The position numbers were made by a program, and so were the translations under genes. A DNA stretch of 49,532 bases from an uncultured Clostridia bacterium (GTDB lineage Bacteria; Bacillota; Clostridia; TANB77; CAG-508): positions 1 through 49,532 of the forward strand of contig CANRBK010000002.1 of assembly GCA_947628845.1 (NCBI GenBank), given 5' to 3'. The notes under the pieces were generated by a model. The model saw nothing but the letters and a program-made list of their open reading frames with translations, had not been told where the DNA came from and made no database searches. Below are positions 28,464-39,323 of the stretch, one piece after another. Each line of letters starts with the position of its first letter. The first letter of the stretch is position 1.

Positions 28464-29090
28464 CTATACAAATTTTTTCGTAAAACTTCTCCTATGTATT
28501 GGACTTAAGCCACATTCTTTAATTGCTTGTATGTGTTTTGCTGTACCATATCCCTTATGTTGAATAAAGCCATACTGAGGATAAACATTATCCCATTCTC
28601 TCATTATTCTATCTCTTGTGACTTTTGCAATTATTGATGCAGCTGCTATTGAATAGCATTTAGCGTCACCTTTTATAATTGATTCATAAGGTACACCATT
28701 TGTATCTATATGTTCTAATGCATCTACTATTATTAGATCTGGCCTTACATCTAGTTCTTTTACAACACTTGTTACACCTTGTTTTGTAGCATTTAATATA
28801 TTAATATCATCAATTACATCTTGTCCTATTATTGCAACAGAATAACTAATAGCTTCTTCAATTATCTTATCATATAATAATTCTCTTTTCTTTTCTGAAA
28901 CTTTTTTTGAATCATTTACTCCTTCTATCATAGAATCTTCAGGCATTATTACAGAAGCCACTACTACTGGTCCAGCAAGAGGTCCTCTACCAGCTTCATC
29001 TATTCCACATATATTTTTAAATCCTTTTTGATGTAATTCTTTTTCTATTTGTTTTAAATTTGTTAATCTTTCTATTTCTTTTTCTTTCAT
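28464..29090 (-). CDS. rnhB: Ribonuclease HII
   Basis: GIDEAGRGPLAGPVV motif; 208 aa. Confidence 0.92.
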   Translation of the reverse strand: MKEKEIERLTNLKQIEKELHQKGFKNICGIDEAGRGPLAGPVVVASVIMPEDSMIEGVNDSKKVSEKKRELLYDKIIEEAISYSVAIIGQDVIDDINILNATKQGVTSVVKELDVRPDLIIVDALEHIDTNGVPYESIIKGDAKCYSIAAASIIAKVTRDRIMREWDNVYPQYGFIQHKGYGTAKHIQAIKECGLSPIHRRSFTKKFV

Positions 29091-29103
29091 TATATTTCCT
29101 TTT

Positions 29104-29649
29104 CTATGAATTATATTCTATATTTTGTAGTTCATTTAATGTATAATATGTTCCTTGTTCATTTTTAAATCCTTTTGTATTATATACTTCTATATTAACA
29201 TTTTTTAAATCATATTTTATAATATACCAACCATCTTTTTTATTTGATTTAACATTTGTGATGCCTATATCTATTAAATTTTGTTCTGTCAATTTATAAT
29301 AATATATAAGGTTCACATTATCTTCTAAAATTTTTTCTAATGTTATATTGATATTTCCATTAAAAATGCTATCTTCTGTTATTTCTTCACCTTTTAACTC
29401 TGCTTTTGCAGCTACTATTCGTTCTTCTTTGTCCTCTGCTGTATCTATACTAGTTCCTAATTTAAAATTTGCATTTTCTGCATATTCTTTTCCTTTTACT
29501 TTTATTAAGAGCATATTTGTTTTTAAATTTTCTAATTGTGATTTTTTTATCATATTATTTCCTGTTTCTATTGATATTCCTGCTATTATAAGTAACACTA
29601 CTATTGTTATTACTAATGTTGTTAATGTTATTCCCTTATTATTTTTCAT
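29104..29649 (-). CDS. Prepilin-like protein (class III signal-peptide-like N-terminus, non-canonical)
   Basis: MKNNKG-ITLTTLVITIVVLLIIAGISI resembles the K-G/(F)TL..L prepilin cleavage-methylation segment but has Thr where Glu5 is expected. There are no pil/com assembly genes nearby. Confidence 0.45.
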   Translation of the reverse strand: MKNNKGITLTTLVITIVVLLIIAGISIETGNNMIKKSQLENLKTNMLLIKVKGKEYAENANFKLGTSIDTAEDKEERIVAAKAELKGEEITEDSIFNGNINITLEKILEDNVNLIYYYKLTEQNLIDIGITNVKSNKKDGWYIIKYDLKNVNIEVYNTKGFKNEQGTYYTLNELQNIEYNS

Positions 29650-29836
29650 AAACTTCCTCCATTTTTTTTTATTATTATATCATTAAAAAACAAAGTATTA
29701 AAGTATTTTTTTATTTTATTTTCTAATTCATTACAATTTTTTCACAAAATTTTCACAAATCTATTGTATTCTAATATGGAATTGGGATATTATATAGACA
29801 TATAATATTAATAAACATTTAGGAGGATAATTTAAA

Positions 29837-31087
29837 ATGGAAGAAAATGAAAAAAAAGAATCAAAATTTAAAAAAATTCCAATAACAAACGAAACTTTAT
29901 ATAATAGAAACTCAAAAAATAAATCTGGTTTTGGAAAAAGTATTTTATTGCCTTTTGTTAGTGGAGTTGTAGGATGTTCAGTTGTTATAGGAACATGTTT
30001 TGGAGTTCCTTCAATAAAATCTAAGTTAATAGGAAACACTACATCATCAATCAGTTCTACAAATAATAATTCTACAAATTCTGATGGATATGTTGAACAA
30101 ATTTCTTTAGAACATTACTCAGATACTGCTGTATATGCTGCAAATAAAATATTGCCATCAATTGTAGGAATAAAAATAGAATATAGTGTTAACACTCAAT
30201 CTTTCTTTGGAATGGGTGGAGGTACTTCAACAGCAACTGCTTCTGGCTCTGGAATCATAATTAGTGAAGATGGATATATTTTAACAAATAATCACGTTGT
30301 ATCTTCAAGTTCTGAATCAAATTCATATTATCAAATTTCAGAAGCAACAAAAGTAAGTGTTACATTATTTGGTGATGAAACAGAATATGAAGCAAAAATT
30401 ATAGGTCAAGATGAGCAAACAGACTTAGCTGTTATTAAAATTGAAAAAACAGGTTTAACTAAAGCAGAATTTGCTGATTCAGATGATGTAAAAGTTGGTG
30501 AATTTGCGATGGCTGTTGGAAATCCTGTAAACATGGCTAGTACAGTAACAACCGGTATTGTTAGTGCTGTAAATAGAAAAATTACAGATTCAGATGGAAA
30601 AACATATACTTGTATACAAACTGATGCTGCTATAAACTCTGGAAACAGCGGTGGTGCTTTAGTTAATAGTGAAGGTAATGTTATAGGAATAAATACTTTA
30701 AAATTATCTGGAACTGGTATTGAAGGTATTGGATTTGCTATTCCTATCAATGCAACTACAGATATCACTTCTCAGTTAATTCAATATAGTAAAGTTAAAA
30801 GACCTTATATGGGAATTACAGGTAAAGATTTAGATGAAACTACTGCTAAAAGATATAATTTAGTTGTTGGTGTATATGTATATTCTATAGAAGATTTTTC
30901 TGCTGCTGAAAAAGCGGGATTAAAAATAGGTGATGTTATTATAGAAGCTGATGGAAAATCAATTACTACAATGGATGAACTAAATGATATTAAAAATTCT
31001 CATAATATTGGTGATGAAATTAAATTAAAAATCAATAGAGATGGTGATGAAAGAGAAGTTACTATAACTTTAGGTGAACAACCTTAG
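29837..31087 (+). CDS. htrA: HtrA/DegP-family serine protease with a PDZ domain
   Basis: An N-terminal TM helix, the catalytic triad context (TNNHV, DLAVIK, GNSGGAL) and a C-terminal PDZ (GLKIGDVIIEADG). Confidence 0.9.
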   Translation: MEENEKKESKFKKIPITNETLYNRNSKNKSGFGKSILLPFVSGVVGCSVVIGTCFGVPSIKSKLIGNTTSSISSTNNNSTNSDGYVEQISLEHYSDTAVYAANKILPSIVGIKIEYSVNTQSFFGMGGGTSTATASGSGIIISEDGYILTNNHVVSSSSESNSYYQISEATKVSVTLFGDETEYEAKIIGQDEQTDLAVIKIEKTGLTKAEFADSDDVKVGEFAMAVGNPVNMASTVTTGIVSAVNRKITDSDGKTYTCIQTDAAINSGNSGGALVNSEGNVIGINTLKLSGTGIEGIGFAIPINATTDITSQLIQYSKVKRPYMGITGKDLDETTAKRYNLVVGVYVYSIEDFSAAEKAGLKIGDVIIEADGKSITTMDELNDIKNSHNIGDEIKLKINRDGDEREVTITLGEQP

Positions 31088-31094
31088 AAAAATT

Positions 31095-31120
31095 AGGAAA
31101 AGAAGTATCCTTCTTTTCCT
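31095..31120 (+). terminator. Rho-independent terminator after htrA
   Basis: AGGAAAAGAAG-TATC-CTTCTTTTCCT. Confidence 0.7.
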
Positions 31121-31223
31121 AATTTTCACTTTAAGTTCACACAATGGACAAACTTGATTATTATAATATTTTCATAGTCAGATATGACTTAATATGAAAA
31201 ACATCCCCTTTTATTTTCAATAA

Positions 31224-31250
31224 AGCTAGGAATACTTTAAATTCCTAGCT
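31224..31250 (-). terminator. Terminator after the DUF4163/DUF3298-like gene
   Basis: AGCTAGGAAT-ACTTTAA-ATTCCTAGCT. Confidence 0.6.
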
Positions 31251-31259
31251 TGTTATTGT

Positions 31260-32108
31260 TTATATTATAACTATATCTTTTTCACTTGTTATTTTTTCAT
31301 TGCCATATGCAAAAATTATATAAATATTATGATTGTATATAAAATATTCTGAAATATTTTCAACATCATATATATTACTTTTTATATCTCTTGAAAACAT
31401 ATTATATCCTATATCTTTTAAATCTTCTAATCTTCTTTGTTCTTCTTCTATATCTTTATCTATTTTATTTTGTACATCTTTTTCATTTAAGTTGTATTCT
31501 TTAATTATATCTTCTAAATCCATTTTTTTATTTTCTTTTAAATCAAAATTAAAAGTTTGAATTATTACTCTTTGTGGATTTGTATTCTGTTTTAAATCTG
31601 AATATATAATTAGTGATAATATATTATTTTCTATGTAAGCTTTATATTTAACTCTATATATAATATTTTCATCAGTTGAGGATAAAACTTCTTCTGCTTT
31701 TCCTTTAAATATTTCTGATATCTCTTTATTAAACTTTTCAACTGCATTATCTTTTATATTTATATATGGTAAATTTATATTGATTTCATGATTTTCTGTT
31801 TTTTCTTCTTTTTGATAATTTGTATATATAATTTCCTTGTTTTCTTCTATCTTTTGTGTTATGTAATTGCCTTTATCGTCTAATTTATTATCAAGCAAAT
31901 CTTCAAAATGATCTTTTAATTGCTGTTCTTCTTGTTCAGTCTTATTTGTTATTTTACTTATTCCAAATAAATTATTAATTATATCATCACCTAAAACTTG
32001 TATTCCTATTACTATGCTAATTGCTAGTATACATACAATTGCTATAATTACATATATAGAAATTCTCTTTTTACTCATCTTCTCTTTTTCTGGAAGAATT
32101 ACATTCAT
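31260..32108 (-). CDS. Membrane-anchored DUF4163/DUF3298 (RsiV-like fold) protein
   Basis: An N-terminal TM helix. PYINIKDNAVEKFNKEISEIF... and ...QTFNFDLKENKKMDLEDI resemble those domains. Confidence 0.4.
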   Translation of the reverse strand: MNVILPEKEKMSKKRISIYVIIAIVCILAISIVIGIQVLGDDIINNLFGISKITNKTEQEEQQLKDHFEDLLDNKLDDKGNYITQKIEENKEIIYTNYQKEEKTENHEININLPYINIKDNAVEKFNKEISEIFKGKAEEVLSSTDENIIYRVKYKAYIENNILSLIIYSDLKQNTNPQRVIIQTFNFDLKENKKMDLEDIIKEYNLNEKDVQNKIDKDIEEEQRRLEDLKDIGYNMFSRDIKSNIYDVENISEYFIYNHNIYIIFAYGNEKITSEKDIVII

Positions 32109-32237
32109 ACCTTACTCCTCTACTTTTTATAGTACTATTATAACATTTTTATAAATTATAGTCAAACATTTGACTATTTAGCAATTTTGAGGTATTATAT
32201 ATAATATTGAATGAAAGAAATGAGGAATTATAAGGTT

Positions 32238-34613
32238 ATGATATGTTCAGAATGTAAAAAAAATCCAGCAATACTTTTTTATGAAAAAATAGATAATGAT
32301 AAACGCACAATGGAAGGATTATGCTATGATTGTGCTAAAAAAAGAGGAATAAATGCAACTGAAGTATTAGCTAAACAACAAGAAGCTTTATCAAAAGATA
32401 AAATAAATTTAGCCGATATGGATAAACAATTAGAATCAATATTTAAAGATTTTGCAGAAAATTTCGATATTAATAATTTAAAAAATATTGAAGGTGCTAT
32501 TACCTTTGGCAACTTAAATGATGATGAAGATTCTGATTATGACCAAGAAAAGCCTAAAATCGCTGGTGCAGCAATACCTTTAGGTTCAATATTTTCAAAT
32601 ATGTTTTCACAAAATAAAGCTGAAAATGGTGAAAGTATAAATGGTCAAAATTTTGAAAAGAAAAAAGTAAAAGTTGAAAAGAAAGTTGATGTCAAACAAA
32701 GTAAAAAGAAAAAATATTTAGATACTTATGGTACAAATCTAACTAATAAAGCAAAAAACAATCAATTAGATTTAGTTATTGGTAGAGACAAGGAAATCCA
32801 AAGAATTATACAAATTCTAAATAGACGTTCAAAAAATAATCCATGTTTAATTGGTGAACCTGGTGTTGGTAAAACAGCCATCGCTCAAGGTTTAGCAATT
32901 AAGATAGCTAATCAGAATGTTCCTGCAAAACTTTTAAATAAAGAGGTTTATCTTTTAGATATGACAGCTGTAATCGCTGGTACTCAATTTAGAGGTCAAT
33001 TTGAATCTAGAATGAAGGGCATTATTGATGAATGCAAAGAATTTGGTAATATCATTCTAGTTATAGATGAAATTCACAATATAATTGGTGCAGGTGATGG
33101 AGAACATTCTATGAATGCTGCTAATATTTTAAAACCTGCTTTGTCTAACGGAGAAATTCAATTAATTGGCACAACTACTTTAAAAGAATATAGAAAGTAT
33201 ATTGAAAAGGATTCTGCATTAGAAAGAAGATTTCAACAAGTTTTAGTTGAAGAACCTAATATAGATGACTCTATTGGAATTCTTGAAGGAATAAAAAAAT
33301 ATTATGAAGAATATCATAAAGTAAAAATATCAACAGATGTTATCCGTCAAGCAGTTATAATGTCTGAAAAATATATTCATGATAGATTTTTACCTGATAA
33401 AGCAATTGATATCTTAGATGAAGCTTGTTCTCGAATAAATTTAGAAAATAAAGATTTATTTAAACTTGAAATACTAAAAAGAGAATTAGCATCAGTTCAA
33501 GCTCAAAAAGAAGAAGTTGCACAAGCTGATACAACAGAAGATTATCAAAAAGCAGCTGATTTAAAAACACGTGAATGTCAGATTATGGAAGATATTGATA
33601 GGCTAAATAAAAAAATTAAACTAAAAAACCTTACCATTCAAGATATTGCAACTGTAATTGAAAGTTGGACAAAAATACCTGTTAAAAAAATAACAGAAGC
33701 AGAAACTCAAAAATTATTAAATTTAGAGACAAATCTTCATAAAAGAATTATCGGTCAAGAAGAAGCTGTAAGTTCAGTTTCTAGAGCTATTAGAAGAAAT
33801 AGAGCTGGCCTTCAAAATGAGAAAAGACCACCTTCATTTATATTTGTAGGTCCTACTGGAGTTGGTAAAACAGAACTTGCTAAATCTTTAGCTTATGAAA
33901 TGTTTGGTACAGAAGATGCTATTATAAGAGTAGATATGTCAGAATATATGGAAAGCCATTCTACTTCTAAATTAATAGGCGCTCCTCCAGGATATGTAGG
34001 CTATGATGATGCTGGTCAATTAACTGAAAAGGTAAAAAGGAAACCATATTCAATTATTCTTTTAGATGAAATTGAAAAAGCTCATCCTGATGTATTTAAT
34101 ATCTTATTACAAGTTTTAGATGATGGTAAGCTTACAGATTCACAAGGAAATACAATTAGCTTTGCAAACACAATAATTATAATGACCTCAAATGCTGGTT
34201 CAAACTTAAATACAAATTCTATTGGTTTTGGAAAACAAACTATTGACAAATCAAAAATCGAAGATAGTTTAAAAGAAGTGTTTAGACCAGAATTTTTAAA
34301 CAGAATTGATGAAATTATTGTATTTGATTCATTGCAAAAAGATGAATTATTACAAATTGTTGATTTAATGTTAAAAGACACTATAAAAGCATTAAAAGAA
34401 AAAGATATTTCTTTTGAAATAACAGATGAAGCTAAGCAATTTATTTTGGATAAAGGTACTAATATAAAATTCGGTGCTAGACCTCTAAGAAGGGCAATTC
34501 AAAGACATATTGAAGACGAAATTTCTGAAAAAATACTTAGAAGTGAAATTGTTGATGGTCAAACTGTCAAAGTAGACTTTAAAAACGATGAATTAACTTT
34601 TAAGGTTAATTAG
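32238..34613 (+). CDS. clpE: Class I Clp/Hsp100 ATPase with an N-terminal zinc ribbon (ClpE-like)
   Basis: CSEC...CYDC N-terminal zinc ribbon instead of Clp_N repeats. Two AAA+ modules (GEPGVGKTA; GPTGVGKTE) and a UVR-like middle segment are present. I preferred the start at ATG 32238. Confidence 0.8.
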   Translation: MICSECKKNPAILFYEKIDNDKRTMEGLCYDCAKKRGINATEVLAKQQEALSKDKINLADMDKQLESIFKDFAENFDINNLKNIEGAITFGNLNDDEDSDYDQEKPKIAGAAIPLGSIFSNMFSQNKAENGESINGQNFEKKKVKVEKKVDVKQSKKKKYLDTYGTNLTNKAKNNQLDLVIGRDKEIQRIIQILNRRSKNNPCLIGEPGVGKTAIAQGLAIKIANQNVPAKLLNKEVYLLDMTAVIAGTQFRGQFESRMKGIIDECKEFGNIILVIDEIHNIIGAGDGEHSMNAANILKPALSNGEIQLIGTTTLKEYRKYIEKDSALERRFQQVLVEEPNIDDSIGILEGIKKYYEEYHKVKISTDVIRQAVIMSEKYIHDRFLPDKAIDILDEACSRINLENKDLFKLEILKRELASVQAQKEEVAQADTTEDYQKAADLKTRECQIMEDIDRLNKKIKLKNLTIQDIATVIESWTKIPVKKITEAETQKLLNLETNLHKRIIGQEEAVSSVSRAIRRNRAGLQNEKRPPSFIFVGPTGVGKTELAKSLAYEMFGTEDAIIRVDMSEYMESHSTSKLIGAPPGYVGYDDAGQLTEKVKRKPYSIILLDEIEKAHPDVFNILLQVLDDGKLTDSQGNTISFANTIIIMTSNAGSNLNTNSIGFGKQTIDKSKIEDSLKEVFRPEFLNRIDEIIVFDSLQKDELLQIVDLMLKDTIKALKEKDISFEITDEAKQFILDKGTNIKFGARPLRRAIQRHIEDEISEKILRSEIVDGQTVKVDFKNDELTFKVN

Positions 34614-34652
34614 AAAATATTTATATTTTATCTATATTTAAGGAGAAAACAT

Positions 34653-35246
34653 ATGTTAAAAAATATACCTAATATATTAACTATATTAAGATTTATATTT
34701 ATACCAGTAATTTTATATTTTATTTTTACAAAAAATTATATTTTAGCATTTATATTTTTTACTTTATCTGGTATTACAGATGTTCTTGATGGTTTTATTG
34801 CTAGAAAATTCAATCTAATTTCAAATTTTGGTAAATTGATGGATCCTTTAGCTGATAAACTTACCCAAATCTCTGTACTTGCATCATTGGTTTCTGTAAA
34901 GATAATTCCTGTTTGGATTTTGGCTATTGTTGTTCTAAAAGAATTAATAATGGTTATAGGTGCATCTTTCCTTTATGGAAAAGATGTAGTCGTTTATAGT
35001 AAATGGTACGGAAAATTAGCCACTATTTTATTTTATTTAGCAATTGTTATCTCTTTAATTATTAATCAATTTAATGTTTCTGAATTTTGGAATAATTTTG
35101 ATTTAGCAATATATTGTATTGCAATAGTTTCTACTATATTTTCTCTTACAATGTATGTTAAATGTTTATACCAAGGTGGTTTTATTAACAAAAGCGATTT
35201 AAATAAGGAAACTAAAAATGTAGTTGGAAAAAATACTTGTAAATAA
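34653..35246 (+). CDS. pgsA: CDP-diacylglycerol--glycerol-3-phosphate 3-phosphatidyltransferase
   Basis: The CDP-alcohol phosphatidyltransferase motif DVLDGFIARKFNLISNFGKLMDPLADK is present. Confidence 0.88.
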   Translation: MLKNIPNILTILRFIFIPVILYFIFTKNYILAFIFFTLSGITDVLDGFIARKFNLISNFGKLMDPLADKLTQISVLASLVSVKIIPVWILAIVVLKELIMVIGASFLYGKDVVVYSKWYGKLATILFYLAIVISLIINQFNVSEFWNNFDLAIYCIAIVSTIFSLTMYVKCLYQGGFINKSDLNKETKNVVGKNTCK

Positions 35247-35253
35247 TAAAATA

Positions 35254-35288
35254 AGAGCTGGAAGTCTATTACTATAACTTCCGGCTCT
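35254..35288. terminator. Terminator between pgsA and the convergent 202-aa gene
   Basis: AGAGCTGGAAGT...ACTTCCGGCTCT (one G-U pair) followed by ATTTTTATT. Confidence 0.6.
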
Positions 35289-35292
35289 ATTT

Positions 35293-35901
35293 TTATTCAA
35301 AATCTTCTATTAGCTGGTTTAGTTCTTCAATTCCATTAACTCTAATTCCATTTTCAATTTCTATTTTGTCAGTTTCTGTTAAATAATCAATTGCAATTTC
35401 TGTTTTTTGATATAATTCTTCGATATCATCTTCATTTATTTTGTATATTACAATTTTGCCATTATCACTTCTTAAAACAAAATGTTGCCCACAGCTACTT
35501 TCAAATTCATTATATAAAGTTATCTGTGTACTAGAATATTTTTCAATTTTCCAATTTGGATATTGATCCTCAAGTTCTTTTTGTGTCTTATTAACTAAAT
35601 TCTGTGGTATACTTATATATTCATTTAACAAATGTCCGCATTCTTTATAATATCTTTTAAGTGTTAATAAACAATTTGGGGATATTTTTTCTTCATTTGA
35701 ATTTGTTTCTATTTCTTCTATTTCTCCTAATTCTTCTTTTTTTTGTATGCTTGCATTTGTTGTTTTTTCAGATATTTCTTCTATTTCATTTTGAATTATA
35801 TTATTTTCTGTGTTTGTTTCTTTATTATATACTAATGCACCAATAATTACTCCAATAATTATTGCTACTATAATTAGAATTATTATCCAATTTTTTTTCA
35901 T
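35293..35901 (-). CDS. Membrane-anchored hypothetical protein (possibly BofC-like)
   Basis: N-terminal TM helix and an acidic linker. The C-terminal domain reads ...YYKECGHLL...CGQHFVLRSDNGKIVIYKINEDD. The BofC resemblance is from memory only. Confidence 0.4.
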   Translation of the reverse strand: MKKNWIIILIIVAIIIGVIIGALVYNKETNTENNIIQNEIEEISEKTTNASIQKKEELGEIEEIETNSNEEKISPNCLLTLKRYYKECGHLLNEYISIPQNLVNKTQKELEDQYPNWKIEKYSSTQITLYNEFESSCGQHFVLRSDNGKIVIYKINEDDIEELYQKTEIAIDYLTETDKIEIENGIRVNGIEELNQLIEDFE

Positions 35902-35971
35902 AATATTTCCTCCGTAATTTTTTTTTATTATTTACGGATTTTTATTATTTATACATATTTTTAAGATATAT

Positions 35972-37456
35972 TTATTGTTCTTGTATTTGTCTCTTATATA
36001 AGAAAGATTTTGTTAGTGGCGTTAATATTTCTTCTGCTAATCCTTCTTTTTTCATATCTTCTTTAAATTTTAATGCTGTAACAGAATTATCAAATTTTAA
36101 GATAACTTTTCCATATTTTGAGTCAAAGTAATAATAATTTAAGTCAAATTGCTTATGGTGATTCTTACATAGCCAAACTCCGTTATCTCCTGAATTAGCT
36201 AAGTAATATTTTTTGTAAAAAAATTCTCCACTATATTCACTGCTTAAATCAATCATTTCCTGTAAGTTATTAATTCTTATAAACTCATTTATTTCCTTTA
36301 TTGTACTACTCTTTAATTTGTTTACTTCCCATAAATGAGCTGCATCCAAAAGATTTGCATCATTTTCTCCACAAATTGCACATTCTGTAGGTATTCCCTT
36401 CTTACGAATATTATTTCTAAATAATTTTTGATTTCTTATTTCATTTACCTCTTTATATCTAAGATATGTATTATCTGCCTTTCTTCTTTCATCTATAAAT
36501 TCCTCTGTAGTTTTATATGTAATATTAAGATTTGCTAACTCAAAAATTTTCTTTACTTGACGAGATAGTTTATCTGCTATTCTTTTTTCTTCTGATTCAT
36601 ACGCAAAATATTGTTTACCTAATTTAAATTCAATCTTCGTATTTTCTTTATCAGCTAATACTTTTAAGCACCAACATCTTAAAAGGCTATCATATTGTTG
36701 TGCTGAAAGAGCTTTAAATGTATATGTATATTGTTCAGTCATAAAATTAACATTTCCTTCTTCATCTGTTTTTTCTATCTCCTCACATTGCAAAAAAGAA
36801 GGTATATTGCCTGTATTTCTATTAGAGATATAAGCTATATCTCTTAAATATTTATTGAAAGAAGCAAATTTTAAATTATTTGGATTTATCTTGCTATTAC
36901 ATTTTTTTTCATATTCAGAAAAATCAATATCACCAATATTTAAAACTTTAAAGCCAATTGTTTCTAATTCTCTGTATGATAGTGAATTATATAAATTATT
37001 AGGGTAATTAACATTTTTGTCAGTATCTAGAAGATAAAAACTCAAATCTGCTGTTTCTTTATTTTCAAAATAAAATTTAAAAATTTCATTAATTCCTTGT
37101 TTTAAGTATGTATTTGCATGATAACCTGGAACTCCATATCTTGATATACTCTTGTTAGATTTACCTTTAGTAAATTCATACTTTCTATCTTCATCATAAT
37201 TTGTATTACTTATCCCTATAATATGTTTAAGTACATCATCTTCAAAAACTCTAATTATTCTTCCTTTATATATAGAATTCTTTGTTACTTTTCTTTGTGC
37301 TTGAATATTTTTAGTATTATTTTCCGATGTATCTTCTATATCTATATTTACGTTTTCTAAATTAACTTCTTCTCCATATAGAAATTTTAAAATGCGATTA
37401 CATATTGGTTCATATGTTCTTTTGTAACAACTATATATTTTTACTTTTATTTTCAT
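35972..37456 (-). CDS. HNH-domain restriction endonuclease candidate (C-terminal HNH nuclease, large N-terminal putative recognition domain)
   Basis: CAICGENDANLLDAAHLWEV...GVWLCKNHHKQFD is an HNH/Cys-containing beta-beta-alpha-metal motif. AAGGAG lies 6 nt before ATG 37456, which is 10 nt downstream of the methyltransferase stop. Confidence 0.65.
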   Translation of the reverse strand: MKIKVKIYSCYKRTYEPICNRILKFLYGEEVNLENVNIDIEDTSENNTKNIQAQRKVTKNSIYKGRIIRVFEDDVLKHIIGISNTNYDEDRKYEFTKGKSNKSISRYGVPGYHANTYLKQGINEIFKFYFENKETADLSFYLLDTDKNVNYPNNLYNSLSYRELETIGFKVLNIGDIDFSEYEKKCNSKINPNNLKFASFNKYLRDIAYISNRNTGNIPSFLQCEEIEKTDEEGNVNFMTEQYTYTFKALSAQQYDSLLRCWCLKVLADKENTKIEFKLGKQYFAYESEEKRIADKLSRQVKKIFELANLNITYKTTEEFIDERRKADNTYLRYKEVNEIRNQKLFRNNIRKKGIPTECAICGENDANLLDAAHLWEVNKLKSSTIKEINEFIRINNLQEMIDLSSEYSGEFFYKKYYLANSGDNGVWLCKNHHKQFDLNYYYFDSKYGKVILKFDNSVTALKFKEDMKKEGLAEEILTPLTKSFLYKRQIQEQ

Positions 37457-37466
37457 AAACAACTCC

Positions 37467-39323
37467 TTAATAATTAATTACAATTATTTCTTTTCTATTG
37501 GTTCTATTTCTTTTTGTAATTTTCGAATCTTTAATTATTTTAAATTTGTTTTTCTTTACCCAATCATTTAGTTTTTTGTTATTACTTTTAGAGTGTTCAC
37601 AATAGTTAGATAACATAAAAAATGCTCCTACTGAATTTATATATTCCATAAATTGATATAGTTTTTCTTCATGTTTTTCTGTCCATCCTTCGAAGCCTCT
37701 TTTACCATCTTGATACACTCCATCATTTCCTAAATATGGTGGGTCTAGATATACAAAATCGTATTTTTTTATTTTTCCTTTATATTCATCAAATGAGCCT
37801 GTTTTAAATTCTAATTTTTTTTCATTACTTATTAAATAAAAAGAAATTAATTTTTCATACATTTCGTCATTAAATCCTGAGTTTCCACAAGGATTATTAA
37901 ACTCAAACTTAGAATTAAATCTAATTTGATGTTCAAAACCAAAACATATTAGTAAATAAAATAATAATGAATTTTTATTTTTATTATAATCCTCTCTTAA
38001 TTTGTAATATGCTTCTTTATTTCCTTTTTCTAATTTATAGTATTTTATACATTTTTGTATATTTATATATATATCAATAGGTTTATTTTTAGATAGATAC
38101 TTTAATAATTCAACTACATATGCATTTATTTCATTGTAAATTATATTTTTAGCTTTTAGATTAATACTAACTGTTGCTCCTCCTCCAAATAAATCATAAC
38201 ATTTATTATAATTATTTGGCATATTATCTAATATTAGATCCAAAGTATCGAATTTACCACCAATATAATTTAATGGTGAAATATATTTTGGATTATCAGT
38301 CTTTTCTATAAAAAATAAGTATTCATAGTGATTTTTGTTTGTAGTTTTTTCCTTTATTTCTTTATTTACTGCTCTTGTTGATTTATATTTTACAAAATTA
38401 ATTTTTTTAAACACATATGTCTCCGCTTTACCATATCTTTTCATAACTGATTCTATAAATTTAGGTGTCATAATTCCTTTATCTGAATAAGAAAAAAGTA
38501 TATACTTAAACTTTGCATTTTTTATAATTTTTTCAAATTCAAACTCTGCTTCACCTTTCTTACACCATTTTGATAATCTATCATTTTTTCTATGTGCTCC
38601 TATTCCATGTATTTCAGGTCTATCATTTCTTACTATAGTCTCTAAAACATGATATTGTGAGTTATATTGAGTTGGTGTGTATGGTGGATCTAAGTATAAA
38701 ATATCTCCTGAAATATCATTAATTAACTCGTTTGCATCCTTACAAAAAATCTTATTCTTATATTTTGTATTTTTTACTTCTATCTGCTCGAATTTCATTT
38801 TTTTTGTTGCTCTAGGATCCCATATTTTTAAATATGCACTATATACTCCTGCAACATTAGAAACTTTGCTAATTGCTTCTAACAAACACATAAGTAAATA
38901 TGATTTTTCTTCAGTTGTAATTTTCTTGTTATTATACCATTCATCAATTGTATCTCTTATAAAATCAATATATTTTGCATTATCATCACTAAAATATTGT
39001 CTTCCTGCATTAGGAGAAAATGTGTTATAACAAAAACCTTTAGTATAGTCTAAATAATTTATATTTTCAAAATATTCAAATGGATTAAAACCAAGTTTTT
39101 TAAATTTTGACTTATATCCTAATAGAGCTCCCTTAGAATACTCATATGAAAAATCAAGTATATCATTTGCAATAATTTTATAAAAGCCATTATAATAACT
39201 TCCAACTGTTGCTGTTCCTGAAAAAATATCACAAAATGTTAGACCTTCCTTTTTTAAATTCTGCTTTTCTAATAATTTATCTATCTCATCTAATAGTTTT
39301 GCTTTGTTCCCTATGTATCTCAC
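37467..39323 (-). CDS. Tandem two-domain N6-adenine DNA methyltransferase (two D12/Dam-class modules fused, M.FokI-like architecture)
   Basis: Module 1: MRYIGNKAKLL, DIFSGTATVG, ILYLDPPY. Module 2: LNYIGGKFDTL, DLFGGGATVS, FVYLDPPY. GTG start after AAAGGGG. Confidence 0.8.
   Translation of the reverse strand: MRYIGNKAKLLDEIDKLLEKQNLKKEGLTFCDIFSGTATVGSYYNGFYKIIANDILDFSYEYSKGALLGYKSKFKKLGFNPFEYFENINYLDYTKGFCYNTFSPNAGRQYFSDDNAKYIDFIRDTIDEWYNNKKITTEEKSYLLMCLLEAISKVSNVAGVYSAYLKIWDPRATKKMKFEQIEVKNTKYKNKIFCKDANELINDISGDILYLDPPYTPTQYNSQYHVLETIVRNDRPEIHGIGAHRKNDRLSKWCKKGEAEFEFEKIIKNAKFKYILFSYSDKGIMTPKFIESVMKRYGKAETYVFKKINFVKYKSTRAVNKEIKEKTTNKNHYEYLFFIEKTDNPKYISPLNYIGGKFDTLDLILDNMPNNYNKCYDLFGGGATVSINLKAKNIIYNEINAYVVELLKYLSKNKPIDIYINIQKCIKYYKLEKGNKEAYYKLREDYNKNKNSLLFYLLICFGFEHQIRFNSKFEFNNPCGNSGFNDEMYEKLISFYLISNEKKLEFKTGSFDEYKGKIKKYDFVYLDPPYLGNDGVYQDGKRGFEGWTEKHEEKLYQFMEYINSVGAFFMLSNYCEHSKSNNKKLNDWVKKNKFKIIKDSKITKRNRTNRKEIIVINY

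Noticed and set aside
29761-30039. 92-aa minus-strand ORF overlapping the htrA start
   Set aside because: It overlaps the htrA 5' end and promoter region, has no RBS and has no recognisable sequence features.
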